Shown here: positions 17,367 to 24,862 of the stretch, one piece after another
Numbering within the stretch: the first letter of the stretch is position 1
How the letters are laid out: every line of letters begins with the position of its first letter
Source: a virus
Lineage: Duplodnaviria; Caudoviricetes
IMG/VR virus record: IMGVR_UViG_3300010358_000326
Location: 1 to 24,862 of that record
Direction: 5' to 3' (one strand)
Length of the DNA: 24,862 nt
Made by a program: the position numbers and the translations under genes
The notes under the pieces: generated by a model
Seen by the model: the letters and a program-made list of their open reading frames with translations, nothing else
Database searches by the model: none
Told to the model about the DNA's origin: nothing

Positions 17367-18332
17367 TTACGGGTTGGCGAAGTTGTTGCCGGTGAACCGG
17401 ACGATTCGCGCTTCGCGCGGGTTCGCGGTGGCGTGGTACAACCCGAATCCGAGCTGGCCGTACCAGGCGCAGCCGAGGTTCCGGCCGTAGTCATCCGCGA
17501 TCTTCACGCGGAGTTCCGGCGTCTGCGCCTCCGCGAAGGCCACCGCCTCGTCCCCGAAGACGAGTCCCTGGCCGACGTTCGTCGAGCCCGAGACGGTGAC
17601 GACCTGCAGCACGGTGTCGTGGTTCGTCTCGATCACCCGGATATTCTCGATCATCCCGATCTCACCTCGCTGCAGTTTTTCCGGGTTCCCGAGGACGTAC
17701 CATTCCTTCCAGAGCGGATCGATCCGCATGGACCGCGTGGCGGCCCAGTTGAAGATCCCGATGTACGCATCGCCCTCACCAAAAAACGGCGCCTTCAGCG
17801 TGCCATACATGTAGTCCCGGCAGAGCTGGAGATGCGCGATGCCGACCGCTGCCGACGCGGCGACCGACGGCGTCCCGGTCGTGTCGATGGTGACGCCGCT
17901 CGCCGAGCTCGGAGTGAAGGTGATGAAGCCGCGCTTGAAGCCATCGCCGGCATTCACGTCGAGCGTCAGCTTCATGATCTCGCGCAACCTTTTCTTCACG
18001 AATGCAGGCAAGTCATATTTCGCCCAGTCGTCATACGTATTGCTCCACGTCACCGCCTCACCAAATTCGGCGATGACGAACGACGTGCCGCTGATCCCGA
18101 CCGCCGTCTCCGGGATTCGGATGTTCTCTTGGAGGATGCCCTTGGACGCCGGCTCGGGGGGGCCCGTCATCGTGAACAGGTTCACGGTGTCGCCCTTCTT
18201 CTTCCCGAAGCCGTCCACGGGCTCGACCCACTGGATCACTTCGGCCTTCTCGAAACTCGCCTCGTACAATGTTTCGGACAAGAAATTATTTCGGAAGGGC
18301 CCGCTCGGGGTGTCTTGGGTCCACGTCTGCAT
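17367..18332 (-). CDS. Major capsid protein (HK97 fold, N4-gp56-like family), 321 aa
   Basis: Motifs FGKKKGDTVN, GEIGMIENIRVIETN and DYGRNLGCAWYGQLGF. Strong AGGAGG RBS. Follows the scaffold gene. Confidence 0.9.
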   Translation of the reverse strand: MQTWTQDTPSGPFRNNFLSETLYEASFEKAEVIQWVEPVDGFGKKKGDTVNLFTMTGPPEPASKGILQENIRIPETAVGISGTSFVIAEFGEAVTWSNTYDDWAKYDLPAFVKKRLREIMKLTLDVNAGDGFKRGFITFTPSSASGVTIDTTGTPSVAASAAVGIAHLQLCRDYMYGTLKAPFFGEGDAYIGIFNWAATRSMRIDPLWKEWYVLGNPEKLQRGEIGMIENIRVIETNHDTVLQVVTVSGSTNVGQGLVFGDEAVAFAEAQTPELRVKIADDYGRNLGCAWYGQLGFGLYHATANPREARIVRFTGNNFANP

Positions 18333-18361
18333 AGCTCGCCTCCTAGCCTACGCCGCCGCTG

Positions 18362-18373
18362 CGTCTGCAGACG
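18362..18373. promoter_or_regulatory. 12-bp palindrome / hairpin in the capsid gene leader
   Basis: CGTCTGCAGACG is a perfect palindrome within the 56-nt scaffold-capsid intergenic region. Confidence 0.3.
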
Positions 18374-18388
18374 ATGGCAGTTGAGCGG

Positions 18389-19156
18389 TCATGCTGCTCG
18401 GCCCCCCTCAAGGAAGGCCGTGTGATGCGCACGGATCAAATCGGAGAGCGTCTTGCCGCGCGGTGCCTGCTCCGGCGCGGACGCACTCCCGGCCCGCCGT
18501 GCGGAGCGGAGCATCGACGGGGGCGTCGTCTGTTGCGGGGCCGTCACGGCCGCGGCAGGCTGCCCACCCCGGATGTGCGCAATCTCCTGCTCGGCCAAGG
18601 CCCCGAGCTGGTCTAAGGCGACGCCGAGCGGGAGGTGCTGCAGGTTGCCATATTGCTCGTTGTAAATCGTCTGGACGATGCGTCGGTGGTCGCCGAGGCC
18701 GCGGCGCTCCAGCATCTCCTCCATCGCCTGATCGTGGACCGTCTGCGCCTGCGTCTGGAGGTCGCGCCGCTGGAGCTCCTGATCCACCGCACTCACCGCC
18801 CCTTGGAGCAACGCGGCCTGCTCGCCCTGCGCCCGGCGAATCCGGCTTTCCAAGTTCTGCGCAAAATTCGCTGCCCAAGCGTCCTTGTTCGAGAAGAGCA
18901 GATCGGGATCGGGGACATCGAGCACGAGCTCGCTAGGCGACGTCGGCGGTGGGAGCGGCTGCCACTGCGATGTGCCCATCGTGGAGAGCAGCTGGCGCCG
19001 CTGGTCATCGAGCGACGCGCCGTAGGACTGGGCGAGATCCTGAAAGGCGCGGCGGACCGTCGCGGCATCGTCGGGCGCGAGCTCAAGGACTTGGTTCCCG
19101 AGTTGCACGTGCTCCCGGGCAGGCGGCGCCGGGACATCGGGTGGGGTCATGGTCAT
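18389..19156 (-). CDS. Putative capsid scaffolding protein, 255 aa
   Basis: Gln/Glu/Ala-rich coiled-coil character, flexible linker and short C-terminal helix (KTLSDLIRAHH). Directly upstream of the capsid gene. Confidence 0.7.
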   Translation of the reverse strand: MTMTPPDVPAPPAREHVQLGNQVLELAPDDAATVRRAFQDLAQSYGASLDDQRRQLLSTMGTSQWQPLPPPTSPSELVLDVPDPDLLFSNKDAWAANFAQNLESRIRRAQGEQAALLQGAVSAVDQELQRRDLQTQAQTVHDQAMEEMLERRGLGDHRRIVQTIYNEQYGNLQHLPLGVALDQLGALAEQEIAHIRGGQPAAAVTAPQQTTPPSMLRSARRAGSASAPEQAPRGKTLSDLIRAHHTAFLEGGRAA

Positions 19157-19440
19157 GACTGCATCTCCTGATGGCGACTCGCCGCACGCATCTCCGCGCG
19201 TTCTCCAGCGGTCACGCGCTGCGACAACCGGAAGACGATGCGGCGGTATGCGGCGATCTCGTGGCAGACAGCCAAGGCGTCCTCCGGGACGAGATCGGCG
19301 TTGGCCACGCGCTGGTCGATCGTCTTTAAGGTCTCTTCGACTAAGGCGGCACAGAACGTCTCGAGTGCGGCCAGGAGCGGCCGGGCGGCATGGCCGCTCT
19401 GGATCAGATTTGCCAGCTTCGGGTCGAAATCGACCGGCAT
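19153..19440 (-). CDS. Hypothetical helical protein, 95 aa
   Basis: ATG at 19440 (MPVDFDPKL...) just after the upstream stop. ATGA overlap with the scaffold gene. Confidence 0.75.
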   Translation of the reverse strand: MPVDFDPKLANLIQSGHAARPLLAALETFCAALVEETLKTIDQRVANADLVPEDALAVCHEIAAYRRIVFRLSQRVTAGERAEMRAASRHQEMQS

Positions 19441-19442
19441 TC

Positions 19443-19883
19443 CTAGCCTACCTCCACCAGCTGCTGCGCGGCGCGGTCCAAGGTGACGTCGACCTGCAAC
19501 TCGCCCATCCGCTGCATGCGGTCGATCTCCTTGGCGAGTCGTACCTGCTGATTGCACGCGCCTTGGAGCACGGTCACGAACGAGCGGAACCGCTCCGGGA
19601 TGTCGTCCCGCGACGCCAAGGCCGCCGCGTTCCGTACCCAGCGTAGCGCCCCGTCCTCAAGCCGTTCCGTGTCGTCTGTCATTGTGCCTTGGAGATCCCA
19701 CGTGGGATTCTTGCGGAGCCGTCGTGCGGCTGAAACGATGGCGTGGTGCAACCCGATAAGCGTGTCACGGCACAAGGCGATCCAGCCGTGATCGGCCGGG
19801 AGCTCGTCGAGATGATAGGCGAGCCAGACGAGCCATTGCCGGGCTTTCGGCAGCGAAGCACCCTTGATCCGCTCACTTGCCAC
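19443..19883 (-). CDS. Hypothetical protein, 146 aa
   Basis: GTG start overlapping the end of the previous gene, GGAGG upstream, globular composition. Confidence 0.7.
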   Translation of the reverse strand: MASERIKGASLPKARQWLVWLAYHLDELPADHGWIALCRDTLIGLHHAIVSAARRLRKNPTWDLQGTMTDDTERLEDGALRWVRNAAALASRDDIPERFRSFVTVLQGACNQQVRLAKEIDRMQRMGELQVDVTLDRAAQQLVEVG

Positions 19884-20061
19884 CCCCGCCCCCTCCGTCC
19901 TTCGCCTTCCCGAAGGGATACGCCACCGGAACGTTCTTCCACCGCTCCTTGTATGCCTCGGCCATGCCGCCAGGTTTCAGGTACGGTTGTCCGCTGGGTC
20001 GGTTCGGGGCGTCGGCATCCTCGGGCCGCGTGCTCTCGTAACCGTCTCGCCAGTCTGCCAT
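19873..20061 (-). CDS. Hypothetical protein, 62 aa
   Basis: MADWRDGYESTRPED...GGGGGGK. GAGG RBS. It is the C-terminal part of the track's 342-aa ORF. Confidence 0.65.
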   Translation of the reverse strand: MADWRDGYESTRPEDADAPNRPSGQPYLKPGGMAEAYKERWKNVPVAYPFGKAKDGGGGGGK

Positions 20062-20063
20062 CG

Positions 20064-20321
20064 CTACCTCACGGCCTGTTTCTGTTTGTCCTCGATCAAA
20101 CTGGAAATGGTTCGACGCCCCTCGGGCCGCACCGAGACGTCGTGGACATCGAGCTCCACGTCGCAGTGCTTCTCGTGCGCGGTGAGATGGTGGACGGTGC
20201 CCTCGAGCGTCATCCGCACCGCCTTGCCGGGCTCCAAGGCCCGCTGGACCCGCTGCGGCTGCGGATCGCGCAGCGAGATCGACGCCGTGCTGCCGCCATG
20301 GTGGCCACCGATGACGAGCAT
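20064..20321 (-). CDS. Hypothetical small beta-rich protein, 85 aa
   Basis: TAATG coupling to the upstream gene. PGKAVRMTLEGTVHHL...CDVELDV strands. Confidence 0.7.
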   Translation of the reverse strand: MLVIGGHHGGSTASISLRDPQPQRVQRALEPGKAVRMTLEGTVHHLTAHEKHCDVELDVHDVSVRPEGRRTISSLIEDKQKQAVR

Positions 20322-21259
20322 TAGACCGGACTCCCTTGGCCTTGGCCCATGCCGGTGCCAGTGGGCGTGTAGCCTGTCCGCGGCAGACCACCCGTCGCCT
20401 GCTGCTGATTCGCCTGTGCGGCGCCCTGATTGCTGGCAAAGGCGCTCTGGCGCCCAAGCGATCCACCGAAGCCGCCACTTGGGTTGTAGAAAGTCCCGCC
20501 GCCGATGGGTTGGCCCATCGCACCGGCCCCGTACATCCCGGCCATCGGGTTGCCGCCGCCATAATTCCCCAGTGCGCCACCGAAGCCGCCCCCCTGCATG
20601 CGCGCTGCCAGCACGTTCTGCATCGCCGGCGAGTAGCCGCCGAACGGGCCGCCCGCCCCGAACATATCGCCGCCGCCACCCATGCCCGCACCGCCGTACG
20701 GGCCGCCGGGGCCGAAGCTCGGACCGCCGTAGCCACTCCCGATCCCGTAGCCACCACCACCGCCGCCCAGCTGGGCACCAGCTTGGCCCATGAGATCGGC
20801 CATGTTCCCACCCGCCATGCCTGGCATGCCGCCACCGGGTGCCTGCGGCGGCGGCTGCGGGAGCGGTGCCGGTGGCCCGATCGGCGCCGGGGCCGCACCA
20901 CCCGGACTCGGGGTCACGCCGCCGTACGGCTGCCGCTGGCCATAGGACCCGATGAAGTTCTGGACGTTCCTCGCTCGCCAGCCTGTTGGGTTCAGCTGGT
21001 TGACGCGGCGGGCAAGGCCCGGGGTCTGCCCGAGATAGGCTGCCCCCTGCCCCTGCTGCGCGGCCTGCTGGAACGCGCCGCGCTGCCGCGGATTCAGCCC
21101 CAGGCCCAATCCTAACCCCGGCGCCGTCGGGGGGCGCGGGGCCGCCGGCCGCGCGGGTGCGGTTTGACCAGCCGGCGGCACCCGGCCGGGGCGTCCCCCG
21201 GTCGCTTGCCCCAAGGTCGGCTGTGTACGGGGAGCGGGCGGGCCAGCGCGGCGTGCCAT
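20321..21259 (-). CDS. Low-complexity Gly/Pro/Gln/Met-rich protein, 312 aa
   Basis: GAGGGGA RBS and exact operon fit. No Lys, Glu, Cys or His and only two Asp. Confidence 0.75.
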   Translation of the reverse strand: MARRAGPPAPRTQPTLGQATGGRPGRVPPAGQTAPARPAAPRPPTAPGLGLGLGLNPRQRGAFQQAAQQGQGAAYLGQTPGLARRVNQLNPTGWRARNVQNFIGSYGQRQPYGGVTPSPGGAAPAPIGPPAPLPQPPPQAPGGGMPGMAGGNMADLMGQAGAQLGGGGGGYGIGSGYGGPSFGPGGPYGGAGMGGGGDMFGAGGPFGGYSPAMQNVLAARMQGGGFGGALGNYGGGNPMAGMYGAGAMGQPIGGGTFYNPSGGFGGSLGRQSAFASNQGAAQANQQQATGGLPRTGYTPTGTGMGQGQGSPV

Positions 21260-21280
21260 GTCGTCTTCCCCTCTATGCCC

Positions 21281-21499
21281 TCACCGCAACGCGACCGGCG
21301 GCTTCCACTCGCAATGGTGGTCGGTGTCGCTCGATTTGACGAGGACGTCCCCCGCCGTCCCGCCAATCGGGAGTCCCTCGCCGGCGGGTCCTTGTGGGCC
21401 CTCCGGGCCTGCCGGGCCTGCCGGACCGCCACTCGGCGGCGGCGTGCCCTCGGCGACCCACGGCACCGGATGCGGCCATTCGATTGGAATGCTGGCCAT
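21281..21499 (-). CDS. Small collagen/fibre-module protein, 72 aa
   Basis: GGAGG RBS, ATG at 21499. GPAGPAGPEGPQGPAG followed by GGTAGDVLVKSSDTD..W. Confidence 0.75.
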   Translation of the reverse strand: MASIPIEWPHPVPWVAEGTPPPSGGPAGPAGPEGPQGPAGEGLPIGGTAGDVLVKSSDTDHHCEWKPPVALR

Positions 21500-21512
21500 C
21501 GCTCGTCCTCCC

Positions 21513-23561
21513 TCAGGGCAACTGGCCGCCCCGCTGGCCCTGCGGATTCGGTGGCGGGCCCGCCTGTGCCGCAGCAGGATTCTGCGCCGGGTTGCCTGGA
21601 GCACCAGCTTGGCCTGCCAAGAGCGCCGGGTTCGGCAACGGCTCGTCCGGGTCGCGCTCGACGTCGGCCGGATCGATCCCGAGGCTCTGCAAGATGAGCG
21701 CGTATTCCTTCTGCGGCGAGAAGCGTTCGGTGATGACCTGCAACAAGGCCGGATTGGCCGCCGCTTGCTGCCGCAGCATCATGAGTTTCTGGAGGTCCTT
21801 CACCCGCTGGAGCTGATACTTGTAGCCTTGCACCTTGAACGAGACGGTGCTGGCAAACACGGAAAAACGCTCCTGGGGGGTGAGCACCGCCAACGTCTGC
21901 GCGTTCTCGGGGCCGACCGTCGCCCCCCACCGGGTCAGCATCGACTTGTCGGCGAACTGCCAAAGCAGTTGCCAGCTCAATTCCAAGAGCGGCTCGATGC
22001 CCGTATCCTCGAATCGGAGCGCGATGTTCGAGAACAGATCGTTCCCGGCATCCTCGATCTGCATGATTTCGGTGGCGCTCTGCTTCCGCTGCGGCGTGCG
22101 TCCCAGTTGCAGATCGTTGATCCGGAACGCCTCCTGGCGCATCCGCGAGATGCGATCCAAGACCGTCAACATGTCCTGGTTGAGCGTGCCGGTATCGACC
22201 CGCTTGACGACGTCGCCGTCCCCGCGGCCCTCCGCCACCTCGAGATCGATCCCCGGCGTGATGCCCTTCTGAATGACGGACGGGTCCTCCAGCATCCACG
22301 ACCGCACCTCTTTGATACCGAACGCGGCGTTGAATCCGGCATCGATCACCAAGTTCGTCAGCTCCGACTCCGCCTCGACCAGCGGCCGAGCAATGTCGAC
22401 GAATGCATGGTGCTCGCCCGCTGTCGGCGTCGGCAACAAGACGACACTGATAAACGGCCGCCAGCCGCCCCAGAGCAGATCCCGGATCCGCGTCGGCTTG
22501 CGGATCACCGACGTCCCACCCGCCGTCAAGTAAAAGACATCCTTCGCCAGCATCTTTCCGGTTTGGGGATGGACCAAGTTCCCCCAGTACTCGCGCAGCA
22601 AGACGCGATGGTGCGGCTGCGGCAGGCCTGGCGTGATCCCTTGCCGCCGCCGTCGTTGTTCTTGTTTCTCCCCACCCGGCGACGTGTGCCGCATTTTTTC
22701 GATTTCGTCTGAGCTGAACCCCATGTCGGGCAGGTCAGCGATGGCAATTTCTACTTCGTGGATGTCGTAATGCTGCGCCGGGGAGGGATCGGGAAAATGG
22801 TCGTCGTATGGCACCAAGTCGATCTTGAGTCGCATTGACGACTCGCTCTGCATGACGAGCCGGCCGTCCGGGCCGACTGAATAGACGGGATGGTCCTCGG
22901 GGACCATCATCACCTTCCACGTCACCACCGACTCGATCAGCCCGATCTTCAAGGAATCGTAGACCAGCCGGCCCATGCCGTACGTCGTCGGGATCTTCCC
23001 GCCTTCGACGGCGAGCCGGTCGAGCTCGTCACTCAGGATCTTCGCCGCGTGCTCCTCGTCGAGCCCCGGCAAGGGCGGCGGCAAGCCCTGATAACTCGCA
23101 CTGAACCAGTGCGTAAAGCCGACGAGCTGCTGCGACAGCTCGGCACAGACTTGCTCAAGCGACGTCTCAAGCGACGGGATGACGATGGTTGACTGCCCCG
23201 CGCGTTTTTTGGCTAAGAACTCGAACCGCCCATGTAACGCGTCCCAGTTCCGGCGGTTGAGTTTCTTGCGGGTCTCGCGCGCCGACCGCGACCGCTCATA
23301 GCATTGCTGCATCGCTTGGAGCAGGATCGAATCCTCGATCTCCGGCAGCGGTTCTTCGTCCTGGACGAGACTCTCCAACGCTGTCGGCGACACATCAGAC
23401 GGCGCAAGGAGCTTCTGCGCATCCGGGGAGAGCGGCGCCCCGGGTCCCAACGGCGGCGGGCCGCCGCCTGGCAGCGGCATCGGCATCGGGCCGGGTTGGC
23501 CGTTCACCTGCCGCATCAGATCGGCAATCGGCGGCCCCGGCGGCAGCGGCGGCCCAGTCAT
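21513..23561 (-). CDS. Portal protein (podovirus P22/N4-like), 682 aa
   Basis: Immediately follows the terminase (ATGA overlap). Portal-like motifs LLREYWG, RPFISVVLLP, QSATEIMQ and IEPLLELSW. Pro-rich termini. Confidence 0.88.
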   Translation of the reverse strand: MTGPPLPPGPPIADLMRQVNGQPGPMPMPLPGGGPPPLGPGAPLSPDAQKLLAPSDVSPTALESLVQDEEPLPEIEDSILLQAMQQCYERSRSARETRKKLNRRNWDALHGRFEFLAKKRAGQSTIVIPSLETSLEQVCAELSQQLVGFTHWFSASYQGLPPPLPGLDEEHAAKILSDELDRLAVEGGKIPTTYGMGRLVYDSLKIGLIESVVTWKVMMVPEDHPVYSVGPDGRLVMQSESSMRLKIDLVPYDDHFPDPSPAQHYDIHEVEIAIADLPDMGFSSDEIEKMRHTSPGGEKQEQRRRRQGITPGLPQPHHRVLLREYWGNLVHPQTGKMLAKDVFYLTAGGTSVIRKPTRIRDLLWGGWRPFISVVLLPTPTAGEHHAFVDIARPLVEAESELTNLVIDAGFNAAFGIKEVRSWMLEDPSVIQKGITPGIDLEVAEGRGDGDVVKRVDTGTLNQDMLTVLDRISRMRQEAFRINDLQLGRTPQRKQSATEIMQIEDAGNDLFSNIALRFEDTGIEPLLELSWQLLWQFADKSMLTRWGATVGPENAQTLAVLTPQERFSVFASTVSFKVQGYKYQLQRVKDLQKLMMLRQQAAANPALLQVITERFSPQKEYALILQSLGIDPADVERDPDEPLPNPALLAGQAGAPGNPAQNPAAAQAGPPPNPQGQRGGQLP

Positions 23562-24862
23562 CCCACCCCCTGCATGAAGCCGTACACCGCCGGCGGAATC
23601 GCCGTCCGCCTGCTCCCGACCGCCTTCGTCGCCCCGGTGAGCGCGCCGGCCTCGCGCAGCCAGACGATATAGCCGAACGCGTCACTCGGATGCGTCCGCT
23701 GATAGTACGGGTCGTCTCGCTTGTGGCTCTTCTTGATGTGCGCCCCGTCGGGGCTCCACAAGACTTGCTCGAGATCGGCGATGAGTTCGGGACACGACGG
23801 CGCCACCTCGCACCGCACCGGTGCCCCACCAGCACCGAACAGGAAATTCAGCAGGTTCACCCGGTCCCGATCGGGTGGGTTTTTGGGCGGTAACGCCAGC
23901 CGGACCCGTGGGCCGCCCGTGATTGCCGCTAACAGAACCTCATAGTCGGTCTTGCCCGTCTGCGCATGCCGGTGCTCGGCCATCTGGTCGCCACACAAGA
24001 CGAGCTCGTGCCGATGCGCGCCGTACTTCTCCCGGATGATCTCACCGAGCTCGCCCAAGCTCCCCGGCTTCAGCACGAGCTCGTCCAACGCCCGCCAGAT
24101 CTTGCCGTGTTGCTGCGCCACGACGCAGCAGAGCGGATCGACGTTCACGTCGACGCCGAGATAGAGCGGTTTCAATGGATCAATGGCCTCGGGCCCCAAG
24201 GCCTTGTTCACGTGCAACCGCCGCTCAAACGCTGAGTAACAGCGCGCGCCCACAAGACCTGGAAGAAGCTCACCCAAGATGCGGATGCGGTAGTCCAAAG
24301 AACCCGGCGCATAGAGCCGCCGCGCCACCCCGAGCTGCTCCTCCGTGATGTACGGGTTGTCCGCCATGCTGACGTTCAGGATCCGTAGATCGTCGGGCGC
24401 CCGTTTATGGAGCCACGGCTCGATCTTCTCGTGCCAGAGCCACTGGCAGACCCCACCCGCCTCACCGGGGGCAGGAAGCAACGTCGCGGCCATCCTGATT
24501 AAGCAACGCTTGTTGGCGCCAAAGCGGATGGCACACTCGTTGTAAATCGGCCACGTCGGCGGCTCGTCGAATGCCACCTCGTCTACCGCCGCCCCGGCAT
24601 ACTTATCGCGGCCCTGCTCACACGACTTCAGCACGCAGCGCCAGCCGTCATAGCCCAGCACCTCGAGGTCCGGCGTCGTCCGAATGGCCGCAATTTCTGT
24701 CTTGGGAATGAACGGCACCATCCCCGGCGCGCCTTCGTAGAGCTGCGGCGCGATGTTCTGCCGGCTCATCGCATTAGAGGGTGACACCACCCAGATCAGC
24801 CGGGCCGCACCGCTGCGCAGCCGTCGGGCGACTCGGGCACAGAGTGCAATCGTCTTCCCTGA
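23558..24862 (-). CDS. terL: Terminase large subunit (5' end outside the window)
   Basis: Frame stays open to the window edge and reads SGKTIAL (Walker A), IWVVSP, KSCEQGRDKYAG, VAFDEPP (Walker B), then nuclease motifs LYLGVDVNVDP and HPSDAFGY. Confidence 0.93.
   Translation of the reverse strand, partial: SGKTIALCARVARRLRSGAARLIWVVSPSNAMSRQNIAPQLYEGAPGMVPFIPKTEIAAIRTTPDLEVLGYDGWRCVLKSCEQGRDKYAGAAVDEVAFDEPPTWPIYNECAIRFGANKRCLIRMAATLLPAPGEAGGVCQWLWHEKIEPWLHKRAPDDLRILNVSMADNPYITEEQLGVARRLYAPGSLDYRIRILGELLPGLVGARCYSAFERRLHVNKALGPEAIDPLKPLYLGVDVNVDPLCCVVAQQHGKIWRALDELVLKPGSLGELGEIIREKYGAHRHELVLCGDQMAEHRHAQTGKTDYEVLLAAITGGPRVRLALPPKNPPDRDRVNLLNFLFGAGGAPVRCEVAPSCPELIADLEQVLWSPDGAHIKKSHKRDDPYYQRTHPSDAFGYIVWLREAGALTGATKAVGSRRTAIPPAVYGFMQGVG

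Larger units (their letters stand above)
1..24862 (-). mobile_element. Podovirus-type phage or prophage packaging, structural and ejection module
   Basis: Terminase-portal-scaffold-capsid-adaptor-nozzle-fibre-ejection order. No tape measure or sheath gene. No att site or integrase visible, so integration status is unknown. Confidence 0.9.

Noticed and set aside
17343-17400. T7 gp10B-like frameshift or readthrough extension of the capsid, or a terminator after it
   Set aside because: No slippery sequence and no hairpin with U-tract. The next gene has its own strong RBS.
20062-20901. N-terminal 280 aa of the 342-aa track ORF
   Set aside because: Off-frame overlap with the 312-aa and 85-aa genes. 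Only the last 62 codons have their own RBS.
21258-22712. 484-aa plus-strand ORF (also 17112-18425, 2087-3025, 10845-11807 and similar)
   Set aside because: Antisense shadows of high-GC genes, with no recognisable motifs and fully overlapping well-supported minus-strand genes.
1-24862. Stop-codon reassignment
   Set aside because: TAA, TAG and TGA all end genes at sensible boundaries and coding density is high under the standard bacterial code.

Overview
High-GC DNA carrying one continuous, tightly packed minus-strand operon from a tailed dsDNA phage or prophage with a podovirus-type gene order. Read from the right end: terminase large subunit (cut by the window edge at the Walker A motif SGKT), portal, several small or low-complexity genes, scaffold, major capsid protein, small head proteins (one with a C2H2-type zinc finger), adaptor, a nozzle-like gene split by a single frameshift, four modular fibre genes (one with a C-terminal S74 chaperone), small basic proteins, and four ejection/internal virion proteins (one with an NNPGNI lysozyme-like domain). 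An unusual accessory block follows: a signal-peptide-bearing outer-membrane beta-barrel of COG4313 / Phenol_MetA_deg type, a collagen-like protein, a 42-aa single-TM protein and an HNH-AP2 endonuclease. Several likely genes are missing from the ORF track, including one with an apparent ATT start behind a perfect Shine-Dalgarno sequence. I saw no tRNA, CRISPR array, integrase or lysis cassette. All family calls come from motif recognition and gene order, not database searches. Several single-base anomalies could be assembly errors.
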